This document shows positions 9,546 to 24,412 of a stretch of 64,000 nt of DNA, piece by piece. The notes beneath the pieces were generated by a model. That model searched no databases. It was not told the origin of the DNA and saw only the letters and a program-made list of their open reading frames with translations. Both the position numbers and the translations under genes were made by a program. Positions within the stretch are counted from its first letter, which is position 1, and each line of letters opens with the position of its first letter. This stretch comes from an uncultured Gemmatimonadales bacterium. GTDB taxonomy: Bacteria > Gemmatimonadota > Gemmatimonadetes > Longimicrobiales > Longimicrobiaceae. Where the stretch lies: positions 1,888,001 through 1,952,000 of the forward strand of contig OY970303.1 of assembly GCA_963716255.1 (NCBI GenBank), given 5' to 3'.

Positions 9546-11039
9546 TCACTCGCTTCGGGGTGAATCCGCTGCTGCGTCGTTCTCCGTCTCGCCGGCGGCC
9601 GCCCGGCCCCACGCCGCCACCACGCGGTTCCGGCCCTGCGTCTTGGCCCGGTACAGCGCGCGGTCCGCGGCGCGCAGCAGGTCCGCAGCCGTTTCGCCGT
9701 CCTCCGGGAAGGCCGCCACTCCCAGGCTGGCGGTCATCTGCCGCGGGGCCTCGGCGGAGGGAGCCAGCGACTCGATGGTCTGGCGCAGGCGCTCCGCCAG
9801 CTTCATCGTCTCGTCCTTGGGCGTCTCCGGGAAGATCAGGGCGAACTCCTCGCCGCCGTATCGGCACGCGCTGTCCGTGGTGCGGAAGGCGTGCCGCACC
9901 GTCCGCCCGATGCGCTGCAGCGCGTGGTCCCCGGCCTCGTGCCCGAAGTCGTCGTTGACCCGCTTGAAGTGGTCGATGTCCAGCAGGATCACGCACATGG
10001 GCCGGCCGTAGCGCTGCGCCCGCGACAGCTCCACGGTGAGGATCTCGTCGAACCCCCGGCGGTTGTGGCAGCCCGTGAGCGGGTCGATGGTGGCCTGCGC
10101 GCGCAGGCGGTCCAGGAGGTCGGCGTTGCGCAGCGCCACCGCGGACGAGTCCGCCAGGGCGCGCAGCAGCGCCAGGTCGTGCGGCTCGTACGGCGCTTCG
10201 GTCATGCGGCGGCCCAGGATCAACAGCCCCGCCTGGCCCTCGGCGATTTCCAGCGGCGCGATCACCGCCACCTCCGCGGGCACGTGGTCGCGGATCTCCG
10301 CGTCCCCGGGCGGGACCGCCGGCGGGCTCCCCGGCGGGGCGATCGCGTTCACGACCCGGGCGGGGACGGCGTACGCCACCGATTCGCCCCGGAGCGAGCG
10401 CACCGCGCGGCAGATGTACTCGCTCCCCTCGGAGCGGTAGAGCGCGGCCCACCAGGCGAAGAACACCTCGCCCACCGAGTCCAGCACCAGGCGCTCCGTC
10501 TCGTCGGTGCCGCGGACCACCGCCAGCGTGCGCGCCACCTGCTGGAGCGCCGCCAGGTGGAAGCGCAGCTGGTCCAGCTCGGCGGCCTGGGCGGCGCGCT
10601 CCTCCTGCACCCGCCAGACGCGCGTGAGGTGCTCCGCGAGCGCGTCCCGCAGCTCCGCGCCCAGCTCCATGCCCTGGGCCAGCCACAGCTCCCCGCCCCC
10701 GTCCGGCGCGGGAAAGCGCAGCGCCGGCACCAGCCCCGCGGGGGCGTCGCCCACCGCGAGCGGAACGGGGTGCGCGGGCGCCGTGATCCGCGCGGGGCCA
10801 CCCACCAGGTCGCGCACCGCGGACACGCACGCGCCGACCAGCTGGTCCGCCGTCCCCGAAAGCGGGACGGCGGCGAACGCCCGCGCCACCGCCCCCTCCA
10901 GCTGGCCGGGGGCGGTGTGGGTCAGGACGACCCGCGGGGCGGGCGGACGATGGTCGGGGCGATCCGGCACGAGCGGTCGTGGAAAGAGAGCAGGGGGTTC
11001 ACCGGAATCCGGCTCACCACCGGCGGGACGGGCGCCCAC
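9546..11039 (-). CDS. Diguanylate cyclase with GAF-like sensor domain
   Basis: DPLTG, DIDHFKRVND, RTTD I-site, RYGGEEF, AD.ALY.AK..GRN; start uncertain. Confidence 0.9.
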   Translation of the reverse strand: MGARPAGGEPDSGEPPALFPRPLVPDRPDHRPPAPRVVLTHTAPGQLEGAVARAFAAVPLSGTADQLVGACVSAVRDLVGGPARITAPAHPVPLAVGDAPAGLVPALRFPAPDGGGELWLAQGMELGAELRDALAEHLTRVWRVQEERAAQAAELDQLRFHLAALQQVARTLAVVRGTDETERLVLDSVGEVFFAWWAALYRSEGSEYICRAVRSLRGESVAYAVPARVVNAIAPPGSPPAVPPGDAEIRDHVPAEVAVIAPLEIAEGQAGLLILGRRMTEAPYEPHDLALLRALADSSAVALRNADLLDRLRAQATIDPLTGCHNRRGFDEILTVELSRAQRYGRPMCVILLDIDHFKRVNDDFGHEAGDHALQRIGRTVRHAFRTTDSACRYGGEEFALIFPETPKDETMKLAERLRQTIESLAPSAEAPRQMTASLGVAAFPEDGETAADLLRAADRALYRAKTQGRNRVVAAWGRAAAGETENDAAADSPRSE

Positions 11040-11057
11040 GATGGTGGCGCCGCGGGA

Positions 11058-12167
11058 TCAGTCGCCGAACGAGATCCCGAGCTGACGGGCGGTCACGATG
11101 CGATCGTTGTCGAGCGGCACGCGCTTGATCGCGGAGACCGCGTCCTTGAGCGGGACGGCGCGGATCACGTCGCCCTGGAGCGCCACCATGGTGCCCAGGT
11201 TGCCGTCGTGGATGCAGCGGACCGCCGCCGCCCCGAAGCGGAGCGACAGGTTGCGATCGTAGGCGATGGGCGACCCGCCGCGCTGGATGTGCCCCAGCAC
11301 CATGGAGCGCGTCTCCTTGCCGGTGGACGCCGCGATCTCCTCCGCGATGCGGTCCGCGATGCCACCGTACCGCCCCGACGGGTCGGCGTAGCTGGGGGTG
11401 CCGCCCGCGGCGTGCGCCCCCTCGGCCACCACCACGATGCTGAAGCGGCGGCCGTGCGCGTCCCGCTCCCGCACCTTGTCGGCGATGCGGTCCACCGAGT
11501 AGGGGATCTCCGGGATCAGGATCACGTCCGCCCCGCCCGCGAGCCCCGACTCCAGGGCGATCCACCCGGTGTGGCGCCCCATCACCTGGACCACCATCGC
11601 CCGCTGGTGCGCCTCCGCCGTGGAGTGCAGCCGGCCGATGGCGTCGGTGGCCACCTCCACCGCGGTGAAGAACCCGAAGGTGACGTCGGTGGCGCGAAGG
11701 TCGTTGTCGATGGTCTTTGGGACGCCGATCACCGGCAGCCCCTTCTCGTACAGGGCGTGCGCGATGTTCAGCGAGCCGTCCCCCCCGATGGCGATCAGCG
11801 CGTCGATCTCCAGCTCCCGGAAGCGGCGGACGATCTCGTCGGAGCGGTCCACGGTGCCCCAGGTGCCGTCCGGCTGCCGGACATCCAGGCCGAACGGGTT
11901 GCCGCGGGTGGTGGTCCCCAGGATGGTGCCGCCCAGGTGCGTGATCCCGCGCACCGAGTGCGCGGTCAGCGGGAACACCCCGGGCTCGCCGTCCACCTCG
12001 CCCTCCAGCAGGCCGGTGTAGCCGCGCCGGATCCCCAGCACCTCCCACCCGTTGCTGAGGGCCGCCAGCGTGGCGGCCCGGATCACCGCGTTGAGGCCGG
12101 GAGCGTCGCCGCCGCCCGTGTTGATCGCGATCCTGCGGACCCGGGCGGGCGTAGTCTCGGAAGTCAT
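11058..12167 (-). CDS. pfkA: 6-phosphofructokinase (PfkA family, group III-like)
   Basis: TGGGDAPGLN, GGTILGT, GGDGS, PKTIDND, MGRHTGWIA and LGHIQRGG motifs. Confidence 0.93.
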   Translation of the reverse strand: MTSETTPARVRRIAINTGGGDAPGLNAVIRAATLAALSNGWEVLGIRRGYTGLLEGEVDGEPGVFPLTAHSVRGITHLGGTILGTTTRGNPFGLDVRQPDGTWGTVDRSDEIVRRFRELEIDALIAIGGDGSLNIAHALYEKGLPVIGVPKTIDNDLRATDVTFGFFTAVEVATDAIGRLHSTAEAHQRAMVVQVMGRHTGWIALESGLAGGADVILIPEIPYSVDRIADKVRERDAHGRRFSIVVVAEGAHAAGGTPSYADPSGRYGGIADRIAEEIAASTGKETRSMVLGHIQRGGSPIAYDRNLSLRFGAAAVRCIHDGNLGTMVALQGDVIRAVPLKDAVSAIKRVPLDNDRIVTARQLGISFGD

Positions 12168-12313
12168 TCTCGCTGATACCGCCGTTCGGAACGAAGCAGC
12201 TCCGGGCACCCGCACGGAGCGAATCGGGACACGGGCCCGTCGTGGCAACCCCCGTACCGTCGCGGGAGAAAGGTACGCCGCACGGCGGGATCGGCAAGGG
12301 CGCGCGGTCGAGG

Positions 12314-12342
12314 TTGACGGCGCCGCCACGGTCGGGTATCGT
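12314..12342 (+). promoter_or_regulatory. sigma70-type promoter for the DUF59 gene
   Basis: TTGACG-N17-TATCGT. Confidence 0.6.
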
Positions 12343-12390
12343 CCACCTTCGCTGGTGGGCTCAGGCAGGCGCTAACGCATGGGGATCCCG

Positions 12391-12687
12391 ATGGTTACCG
12401 AAGCAGCGGTCAAGAAAGCGCTCCGCGGGGTCAAGGACCCCGAGATGAAGCTGGACCTGGTCGTACTGGGGCTGATCTACGACATCAAAGTGAACGGCTC
12501 CCACGTGGACGTCACCATGTCGCTCACCTCCCCCGGGTGCCCCGTGGCGGGCCAGATCCTGGACCAGGCACGCGAAGCGGTGGAGAAGGTGGAGGGAGTG
12601 GAAAGCGCGGACGTGGAGCTCACCTTCAGCCCGCCGTGGACCGCGGAGCGCATCCCCGCCACGATCCGGGCCGCTCTGGGGCTCTGA
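12391..12687 (+). CDS. Metal-sulfur cluster assembly factor (DUF59/SufT-like)
   Basis: DPE, LGLIYD, MSLTSPGCP and FSPPW motifs; alternative start 12379. Confidence 0.92.
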   Translation: MVTEAAVKKALRGVKDPEMKLDLVVLGLIYDIKVNGSHVDVTMSLTSPGCPVAGQILDQAREAVEKVEGVESADVELTFSPPWTAERIPATIRAALGL

Positions 12688-12740
12688 GGGATACCGGACG
12701 GCCGGCAGCGGCGGCGCTGCGACGGTTCCGGAAAAAACGA

Positions 12741-12775
12741 AAGGGGAGGGCGCCGGCCGGCGCCCTCCCCTTTTG
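12741..12775. terminator. Bidirectional intrinsic terminator
   Basis: AAGGGGAGGGCGCC-ggcc-GGCGCCCTCCCCTTTT between convergent genes. Confidence 0.8.
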
Positions 12776-12796
12776 CGTTCAGCTCGCCGACCGGGA

Positions 12797-13285
12797 CTAC
12801 TCGGTGACGTTGAGCTTGCCCTTCATCCCCATCATCGAGTGGGGATCGCACTGGAAGTTGTAGCTCCCCGCGTCCATGGTCACCTGCACGTCCACGCTCT
12901 GCCCCGCGGCGGTGACGTACGGGCTCGCGCCCGGCAGGTTGGAGGCGCTGGCGTTCTCGGCGGCCGGGAAGGAAACGTTGTGGGCGGACCCGCCGTCGCT
13001 CACGAAGCGGACCACGTCACCCTTCTTCACGTTGATCTCGGCCGGCTCGAAGACGCCCGACGCGCCGTTGTTGGTGCTGACCATCTTCACCTCGACCACG
13101 TTCCCCTGTGCCGCGGGAGCCGCCGGCTCAGCAGCGGGAGCGGTGGCCTCGGCCGCCGGAGCCGCGCTCGCGGCGGCGTCGGTGCCCTCGGACGCGGGAG
13201 CGTCGGAGCCGCCGCAGGCGGCGGCGAACGCCAGCATCCCGAACACCGGCACCTGGACGAAGAAGCTGCGCTTGAAAATCGACAT
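12797..13285 (-). CDS. Blue copper (plastocyanin/azurin-type) lipoprotein
   Basis: Lipobox AAAC, Ala/Pro linker, type-1 Cu ligands HN...CDPHSMMGM; AGGAG RBS before ATG 13285. Confidence 0.9.
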   Translation of the reverse strand: MSIFKRSFFVQVPVFGMLAFAAACGGSDAPASEGTDAAASAAPAAEATAPAAEPAAPAAQGNVVEVKMVSTNNGASGVFEPAEINVKKGDVVRFVSDGGSAHNVSFPAAENASASNLPGASPYVTAAGQSVDVQVTMDAGSYNFQCDPHSMMGMKGKLNVTE

Positions 13286-13465
13286 TCCCGTCTCCTGGAT
13301 CATTGACGTTGGCTCCCCAGGCATCCCTGAGGTCCATGTAATCTAAAGACTTTCCAGAAACAGGCAGTCGGGAGTTCGTGGAAGGTTTTCGGTAGATTTC
13401 CTGACGGGGCGGGGAGCGTCCATGTAGGGGATTTCCCCACGAGCCTGTCTCGTCCCCGAACGAGC

Positions 13466-13501
13466 AGAGCCCCCCGATCCGTGATAGGATCGAGGGGCTC
13501 T
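13466..13501 (-). terminator. Hairpin directly after 5S rRNA (probable operon terminator)
   Basis: AGAGCCCC.CGATCC-gtgata-GGATCG.GGGGCTCT; U-tract weak. Confidence 0.5.
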
Positions 13502-13510
13502 GAAGAACAG

Positions 13511-13628
13511 GGCTGGCAGCGCCGTACTCTCCCACCGGGTGGCCCCGGCAGTACCATCCGCGCAGTGGGTCTTAACTTCCGAGTTCGAGATGGGATCGGG
13601 TGTATCCCCCACGCCATCGCCACCAGCC
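13511..13628 (-). rRNA. rrf: 5S rRNA
   Basis: CCCATCTCGAACTCGGAAGTTAAG, GATGGTACTG and GGGAGAGTA motifs; terminal helix GGCTGG/CCAGCC. Confidence 0.97.
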
Positions 13629-13761
13629 GCACCGGCTGCGGACCCCAAGGTCCGCGGTGCCTCGCACGGGATCGCTCCCGCGCTACAGAAATCAGGGGAA
13701 GAGAATGGGAGCAGCAAGTACTTCGAAAGAGCTTTGACGATGCGCCGGTCCTGCCTATCGA

Positions 13762-16760
<2,999 letters not shown>

Positions 16761-16946
16761 ATAGTCTACGTATCCGAAGACACGTGCTCCCGGCCCACCG
16801 CCAAAGGTGCTCTTTCTCAGCCTTTGCTACTCCCTATTCCCTTCACCCGGATTGTCAACCAATTCAAGCTTCGGGGGAGGTGCGAATACCATGTGCGCTC
16901 GACTTGCGAGTGCCTTTCTGCCCCGAAGGACTTACTCGGCTTCTCT

Positions 16947-18498
<1,552 letters not shown>

Positions 18499-18731
18499 AG
18501 AGACTTCGATTTAGCTCGTTCGAACACGTTTCCGTGTCCGGAACTCTTTCACGTTTTTAATCCCATTGGAGAAAAGGACGTGGTGCCTTCCCTCCGGGGC
18601 GCACACTTCTTCGCACTCCCCCAAAACCCGAATTGTCAAAACAAACGCGAGCCCATGACTCGCTTCAGGACGACCCAGCCAGTTTCACCCGGCTCGTCGT
18701 GATCGCTCGCCCACCTTCCGGCGAGCCCTCC

Positions 18732-19017
18732 AAGCTAACTCCGCACTCCCCGCCCGTCAACCCCTCGCCGAAACTTCTTTTTCCATCTTCCGCCCAACCG
18801 TGCCGTCGATCAAACTCCCGAAACTAAGCTACTTAGACCGGATCGCCAATGCGTCATCGCGACGTTTTCGCCGCATCGGGACTGCCCTGCATCCGTCCGA
18901 AGAGGAGCCCGAAAGAATAAACCTCTTCGGTTACCCCGTCAACCCCCCGCTGGTCGGCGTTACCCGCCTGTTTTCGCGGAGGGCACATATGATACACGGC
19001 TTCCGAAGAATCGTCAA
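18732..19017 (-). promoter_or_regulatory. Tandem sigma70-type rRNA promoters (up to four)
   Basis: TTGACG-N17-TAGCTT (18760-18732), TTGGCG-N17-TAGTTT (18849-18821), TTGACG-N17-TATTCT (18942-18914), TTGACG-N17-TATCAT (19017-18989). Confidence 0.75.
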
Positions 19018-19135
19018 GAGTTTCATGCACAGTCCGATTTTTGCTCCCGCCCGTGCGGCTCCAAGAGTTATCGCGTAGTTTCGAGCCGCTGAGGGGAGGC
19101 GGGCGCTGCCATACTGAATCGAACGGGGGAGGCGA

Positions 19136-20416
19136 GTGGCGGATCGGTCCGGAGCGGAAAGGAAGCGGGATCTGCCGGTGGTGGTGATCGGCGCGGGCGC
19201 TGCCGGCGTACTGGCCGCGATCTTCGCCGCGGGGGCCGGCGCGCGCGTGGTCTTGCTGGAGCGTACGCGGGACGGCGGTCGCAAGATCCTGATCAGCGGG
19301 GGAGGCCGCTGCAACGTGCTGCCCTCGGAGGTGGACCCGGCGCGCTACGTGACCGACTCGTCGCCGAACACGCTGCGGAAGCTGCTGCTGTCGTGGCCCC
19401 TGCAGGAGCAGCGACGCTTCTTCGAGGAGGAGGTGGGCCTCCGCCTGGCGCTGGAGCCTGAGACCGGGAAGCTGTTCCCGGAATCGAACCGGGCGCGCGA
19501 CGTGCGCGACGGGCTGCTGGCGCTGGCCCGGCGGCGCGGCGTGCGGACCGTGTTCGACACGGCCGTCGTGGGGCTCCGCCCGCCCGTGGACCGGAGCGCG
19601 TGGCGGGTGCTGCGGGAGGGCGGCGAGCCGATCGAGGCGGCTGCGGTGGTGATCGCGACGGGGGGTCTCTCCGTCCCGACGACCGGGAGCGACGGCACGG
19701 GGCTGCGCATGGTCCGGCAGCTGGGGCACACGCTCCACGACACCTATCCGGCGCTCACCCCGCTCACCGCCGACCCGCCGGCCCACGCTCCCCTCGCGGG
19801 GGTGTCCGGAGCGGTCGTGATCGAGGCCCCCACGGGGAAGTCACGATTCCGGACCGCCGGGGGCTTCCTCTTCACCCACCGGGGATACAGCGGACCGGCG
19901 GTTCTCAACGTTTCCCACCTGGCGGTGCGCTCCCGGATGGCCGGGGGGCCGCGGCAGCCGGTGCTGGTGCAGTGGGCGGAGCTGGACGCCGCGGGGTGGG
20001 AGCGCGCGCTCCTGGACAAGGCGCCGGGGACGGTGCTCGGCCTGCTGCGGCGCCACCTGACGACGCGGCTGGCGGACGCGCTCGCCGCGGAGGCGCGCGT
20101 GGAGCCGGGGCGCACGCTGGCCCAGCTCCGGCGGGACGAGCGCACCCGGCTGGTGGAGCTGCTGGCGCGCTATCCCCTCCCCTGGACGGGGGACGAGGGC
20201 TACAAGAAGGCGGAGGTCACCGGGGGCGGCGTCCCCCTGTCGGAGGTGGACCCACGGACGCTGGAGAGCCGCGTGGCGCCGGGACTCTTTTTGTGCGGGG
20301 AGATCCTGGACGCCTTCGGGCCGATCGGCGGATACAACTTCCTCTGGGCGTGGTCCACCGGCCGGCTGGCGGGCACGGGCGCCGCCGGGCTGGCAGCGAG
20401 CGGGAGCGACGAATGA
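19136..20416 (+). CDS. HI0933/BaiN/YhiN-family flavoprotein
   Basis: [42 protein letters not shown] and GEILD...GGYN motifs. Confidence 0.93.
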   Translation: MADRSGAERKRDLPVVVIGAGAAGVLAAIFAAGAGARVVLLERTRDGGRKILISGGGRCNVLPSEVDPARYVTDSSPNTLRKLLLSWPLQEQRRFFEEEVGLRLALEPETGKLFPESNRARDVRDGLLALARRRGVRTVFDTAVVGLRPPVDRSAWRVLREGGEPIEAAAVVIATGGLSVPTTGSDGTGLRMVRQLGHTLHDTYPALTPLTADPPAHAPLAGVSGAVVIEAPTGKSRFRTAGGFLFTHRGYSGPAVLNVSHLAVRSRMAGGPRQPVLVQWAELDAAGWERALLDKAPGTVLGLLRRHLTTRLADALAAEARVEPGRTLAQLRRDERTRLVELLARYPLPWTGDEGYKKAEVTGGGVPLSEVDPRTLESRVAPGLFLCGEILDAFGPIGGYNFLWAWSTGRLAGTGAAGLAASGSDE

Positions 20417-20886
20417 CGAACGGGGACGTGGAAGGGCTGCTGGAGGGCTTCCCGGTGGTGGTGGCGGTGCCGGTGCACTGGGGGGAGATGGACTATTTCC
20501 GGCACGTCAACAACACCGTCTTCTTCCGCTACTTCGAGAGCGCGCGGATCGCCTACCTGGACCGCATCGGCTTCCGCGAGGAGAGTACGGAGGGCGGCAT
20601 GGGTCCCATCCTGGCGTCCACGCACGCGCGCTTTCGGCGGCCCCTCACCTACCCGGACACGGTGCGGGTGGGCGCGCGCACCCTGGAGCTGGGGGCAGAC
20701 CGCTTCACCATGGAGTACCGGCTGGTGAGCGAGAGCCAGGTGGCGGTGGCGGCGGAGGGAGGAGGCGTGCTGGTGTCGTTCGACTACGCGTCCGGACGCA
20801 AGGGGCCGCTGCCCGAGGGGGTGCGGAGGGCGATCGAGCGGCTGGAGGCGGCGGGCAGCGTGGGCGTAGGAAAGGTGCGGGGCTGA
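20413..20886 (+). CDS. Acyl-CoA thioesterase (4HBT/YbgC-like hotdog fold)
   Basis: [23 protein letters not shown] and [13 protein letters not shown] overlap with the upstream stop. Confidence 0.9.
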   Translation: MTNGDVEGLLEGFPVVVAVPVHWGEMDYFRHVNNTVFFRYFESARIAYLDRIGFREESTEGGMGPILASTHARFRRPLTYPDTVRVGARTLELGADRFTMEYRLVSESQVAVAAEGGGVLVSFDYASGRKGPLPEGVRRAIERLEAAGSVGVGKVRG

Positions 20887-21041
20887 CACTGCCCCGGGGG
20901 CATACTCGTTGCGACCCGTTTACATCTAAAGTACCGGGATGGAAGAGGAGCCGAGCAGGGCCGGAGACGGGAGGCACGCGACTCGCGCCGCCACCGGGCT
21001 CGCGGCCGGTGGCGCGCAATCACCCGTACAGGAGGTCCAGA

Positions 21042-21638
21042 ATGGCGGTCAAGCTGGCGATCATCTACTACAGCACCTACGGCACCAACCACCAGATGGC
21101 GGAGGTGGCGGCCGAGGCGGCGCGCGAGGCGGGGGCGGAAGTGCGCCTCCGCAGGGTGCGAGAGACCGCACCCGACGAGGTCGTCCGGGCGCAGGAGGCT
21201 TGGTCGGCGCAGCGCGACCGCAGCGCGGACATCCCCGAGGCGACGCCGGACGACCTGGTGTGGGCGGACGCCTTCCTGTTCAGCGCTCCCACCCGCTACG
21301 GCGGAGCGGCCAGCCAGATGCGCTCGTTCATCGACACGCTGGGGCCGGTGTGGCAGCAGGGGCTGCTGGCCGACAAGTGCGTGAGCGCCATGACCAGCGC
21401 GCAGAACCCGCACGGCGGACAGGAGACCACGCTGCAGACGCTGTACTACACGTTCATGCACTGGGGTGCGATCCTGGTGCCGCCGGGATACACGGACGCG
21501 GTGATCTACGCCAGCGGCGGGAACCCGTACGGGGCGAGCGTCACGGCTACCGACAAGCCTCTCAGCGAGGAGTACCGGGCGACGATCCGGCACCAGGCGC
21601 GGCGGCTGGTGGAGGTGACGGGGCGCTTCATGCGCTGA
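21042..21638 (+). CDS. wrbA: NAD(P)H:quinone oxidoreductase, WrbA family
   Basis: YYSTYG, PTRYG, HGGQETT and GNPYGAS motifs; AGGAGG RBS. Confidence 0.92.
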   Translation: MAVKLAIIYYSTYGTNHQMAEVAAEAAREAGAEVRLRRVRETAPDEVVRAQEAWSAQRDRSADIPEATPDDLVWADAFLFSAPTRYGGAASQMRSFIDTLGPVWQQGLLADKCVSAMTSAQNPHGGQETTLQTLYYTFMHWGAILVPPGYTDAVIYASGGNPYGASVTATDKPLSEEYRATIRHQARRLVEVTGRFMR

Positions 21639-21924
21639 CCGGCGGGGGTACCGGGAGCCCCACCGCGCGTCCGTGGGGTTCCCGGCGCCCCGTCTGCACC
21701 CGCATCATCCAGGGGGGGTGTCAGGAATTTCCCGACACACCCATCGACCCTCGTCCCAGTTGTCCAAATCCTTTTCCAGCGCTATCTTGAATGCGCTCCG
21801 CGGAGCGCCGCGGGATCTCGAGGCGGCACAATCCGGTTGGATACGAGTACGATGACGCTCCCGCGGGCCAGGTAGCCGTCCACTCCGCCCCGGCCACATC
21901 CGACTTTCGACGCAAGGAGGCACC

Positions 21925-22161
21925 ATGCCATTCGGTCTCGGGATGACGGAGACGCTCCTGATCTTCGCCGTGCTGCTGCTCTTCTTCGGCGCCAAGCGCC
22001 TGCCGGAGCTCGCGGGCGGCCTGGGCAAGGGGATCCGCGACTTCAAGCGGTCGCTGAACGGGCTGGACGAGCAGTCGCTCCAGGCGAACCAGATCCAGCC
22101 GATGCAGCCGCCCGCGCAGGTGCAGGCCGCGGCCGCCGCCGAGGAGGCCAAGCTCTCCTGA
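21925..22161 (+). CDS. tatA: Twin-arginine translocase TatA/TatE subunit
   Basis: LLFFGAKRLPELAGGLGKGIRDFK; AAGGAGG RBS. Confidence 0.93.
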   Translation: MPFGLGMTETLLIFAVLLLFFGAKRLPELAGGLGKGIRDFKRSLNGLDEQSLQANQIQPMQPPAQVQAAAAAEEAKLS

Positions 22162-22206
22162 GCCTGGCGCCGGACTGCGTAAACGCTGGAACGACACGCA
22201 GAAACG

Positions 22207-22241
22207 AAGGGGCCCGCGGCGCGATGCCGCGGGCCCTTTTT
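22207..22241. terminator. Intrinsic terminator between tatA and the convergent gene
   Basis: GGGCCCGCGGC-gcgat-GCCGCGGGCCC-TTTTT. Confidence 0.8.
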
Positions 22242-22268
22242 GCGTCCGGTGGAGCCGCGGGCTGCCGA

Positions 22269-23456
22269 CTAGCGAGTCGTCCCGGCGGGCTGACCCGCGG
22301 CGCCCGGCTGACCCGCCTGGGCGGGCGCGGGCTGCGCCGCGGCGACGGCCTTCACCGTCCTCCCCTGCCAGCGGGCCCGGTCCACCCGCGCCTCCTGCCC
22401 CTGCGGCACGGAGATGGTGCCGGGGTCGCCGTCGGAGACGTAGCGCCGCGACGGGTTCTTCCGGTACGCTTCCAGCTGCCGCTCCAGGTGGTTGGGCGCG
22501 ACGATGAAGCGGGCCACGGAGCGCGCGTTCCACTTGACGTCGAAGGGCGACTCGTTGGGCCCGCCGGACACCTCGAGCACCACCTTGTTCTCGTACGGCT
22601 TGCCGTTCCAGCTCCCCGCCCAGGCAAGGCTCCGGGTCTTTGGCCACATGCCGAGCGGGAGCGCGAACGTCACGATGTCGTAGTCGGCGGGGAGGTACAC
22701 CTTGATGGAGTCCTCGCCGCGTCCGATGTACTCCTGCGCCTTTGCGTCGCTCCCCGCGCGGTCCAGCCGGGCGTGGTACAGCGTGTGGTTGCAGACCTCG
22801 TGGCGGTTCTCCACGAGGTAGGTGACCTTCTTGCGGATGTTGGCCTCGCGCTGCTCCCGCGGGATCTGCTTGTCGGGCTTCTCGCTGAAGAAGTTGGACG
22901 GGTGCCCGGCGGCGGGGAGGATGCACCACACGGCGCCGTTGTGCCAGGCGGGGTTCTTTTCCTGGAAGGCTGCCCACATCCCCATCATGGTGTTGGGGTC
23001 GATGCGCCCGTCAGGGAGGTAGTAGAACTGCCCCAGCGAGGAGTCGTCGATGGTGAACACCACCGGCGTCGTCCCGGCGGGGATGTCGATGTTCCCCTCC
23101 AGCACCTGCCGCATGGTGACGGGGCGGAAGCCGTTCTCGTACAGCGCCTGCAGGTCCCTGCGGAAGTTCTCTGCCTTGCGGATGAACTCGCCCTCGTTGT
23201 CGCCCAGGCGGTGGTACTCCAGCACCATGATCTCCCCCAGCTCGTTGGGGGGAGCGTCGACCTTGGGGCCGTTGTCGGTGACGGCGGAGCCCGCGGGCGT
23301 CGCCGCTGCCGTGGAGCCCGGGGCCGCCGCGGCGCTGTCGCCGGTGGCGGCGGCGGGCGCGGCGCCGGGAGCCTGCTCGCCGCTCTCGCCTCCACACGCC
23401 GCGAGGAGGAGTGCCGCGCCGAGGAGGGCCGGCTGGATGCTGCGCTGGATCTTCAT
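22269..23456 (-). CDS. Polysaccharide deacetylase-like lipoprotein (NodB/CE4-like)
   Basis: Lipobox LAAC; PNELG.IMVLEYH, VVFTIDD and NHTLYH motifs. Confidence 0.8.
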   Translation of the reverse strand: MKIQRSIQPALLGAALLLAACGGESGEQAPGAAPAAATGDSAAAAPGSTAAATPAGSAVTDNGPKVDAPPNELGEIMVLEYHRLGDNEGEFIRKAENFRRDLQALYENGFRPVTMRQVLEGNIDIPAGTTPVVFTIDDSSLGQFYYLPDGRIDPNTMMGMWAAFQEKNPAWHNGAVWCILPAAGHPSNFFSEKPDKQIPREQREANIRKKVTYLVENRHEVCNHTLYHARLDRAGSDAKAQEYIGRGEDSIKVYLPADYDIVTFALPLGMWPKTRSLAWAGSWNGKPYENKVVLEVSGGPNESPFDVKWNARSVARFIVAPNHLERQLEAYRKNPSRRYVSDGDPGTISVPQGQEARVDRARWQGRTVKAVAAAQPAPAQAGQPGAAGQPAGTTR

Positions 23457-23547
23457 CTGGCTCTGCGGTACGGTCTTGGACGCGGGGCTCTCGCCGCCCC
23501 GCTCGGCTGGGGCGGGCCGGGTGCAAGAGATATGCTAGGCCCGGCCG

Positions 23548-24213
23548 TCAGCGTCCCCGCCGGGGCGCGCGGACCGGGGCGCGCGGAGGCTGCGGCGCGG
23601 CTTCGGCGGCCTGGTCGCGGAGCAGGCGGGGGAGCAGCTGCTCGGCCAGGCGCGCGAGGACGCGCTGGTATACGGAGGCGGCCCGGGCCGGGGGAACCTC
23701 GAGCTGGGCGATGTACAGCGACACGGCCTGCGTGGGCGGAGCGTGGTCGTCCAGGATCTCGACGAACTGCAGGGCGTGCTTGAAGTGCGCGCGGATCAGC
23801 GCCTCCCAGGTGCGGGCGGCGAACAGCTCCATCCACAGGTCCTCTTCGGCGTTGCGCTTCATCTGCCGCCGGATGAAGCGGAGCGCGCCGAGCGGGGTGG
23901 CATAGCGCCAGTCGAAGCCGCGCCCGCGGTGACGCTCGCGCGCCAGCTCGGAGCCGGTCTGCGGGTCGCTGAGGTCCGACAGGGCACGGGTGCGGACGAT
24001 CTCCTCCTCCTCGCCGCTCAGCTCCATGATCTCCACGTAGCGCTCGAGCGCCTCGTCGAAGGGCATGCGCGGGGCGAGGATGGCGACCAGCTCCAGGGCC
24101 TGCGAGGCGTGGGTCTCGGCGATGATCTCGCGGGACTTGGCCTCGGCCAGCTCCAGGCGGCGCCGCAGGTCGCCGGGGAGCCTCTGCAGCCAGAGGGGGT
24201 TGGGTGATGGCAT
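23548..24213 (-). CDS. Hypothetical helical protein with internal two-fold repeat
   Basis: Protein-like composition from ATG 24213 (MPSPNPLW); duplicated H-x3-AL-x2-V-x-IL unit. Confidence 0.75.
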   Translation of the reverse strand: MPSPNPLWLQRLPGDLRRRLELAEAKSREIIAETHASQALELVAILAPRMPFDEALERYVEIMELSGEEEEIVRTRALSDLSDPQTGSELARERHRGRGFDWRYATPLGALRFIRRQMKRNAEEDLWMELFAARTWEALIRAHFKHALQFVEILDDHAPPTQAVSLYIAQLEVPPARAASVYQRVLARLAEQLLPRLLRDQAAEAAPQPPRAPVRAPRRGR

Positions 24214-24412
24214 GCTACCGGAGCGGGGTTGGGGGGCGCGGGAGAGACGCCCGCGCGGCGCGATTGCTGCGCCCGGAGGGGCGCCTTTATCTTTGTCGCA
24301 CGGGGCCTTGCGCCCCGACCGGTGGGAAAGATGTGGGCGGCGGGGCGCGGTGACAACTCCCCCGCCCCGCTTTCCGGCGGGACTGGCGATCACCCTGGCG
24401 AAGGACGTCGAA

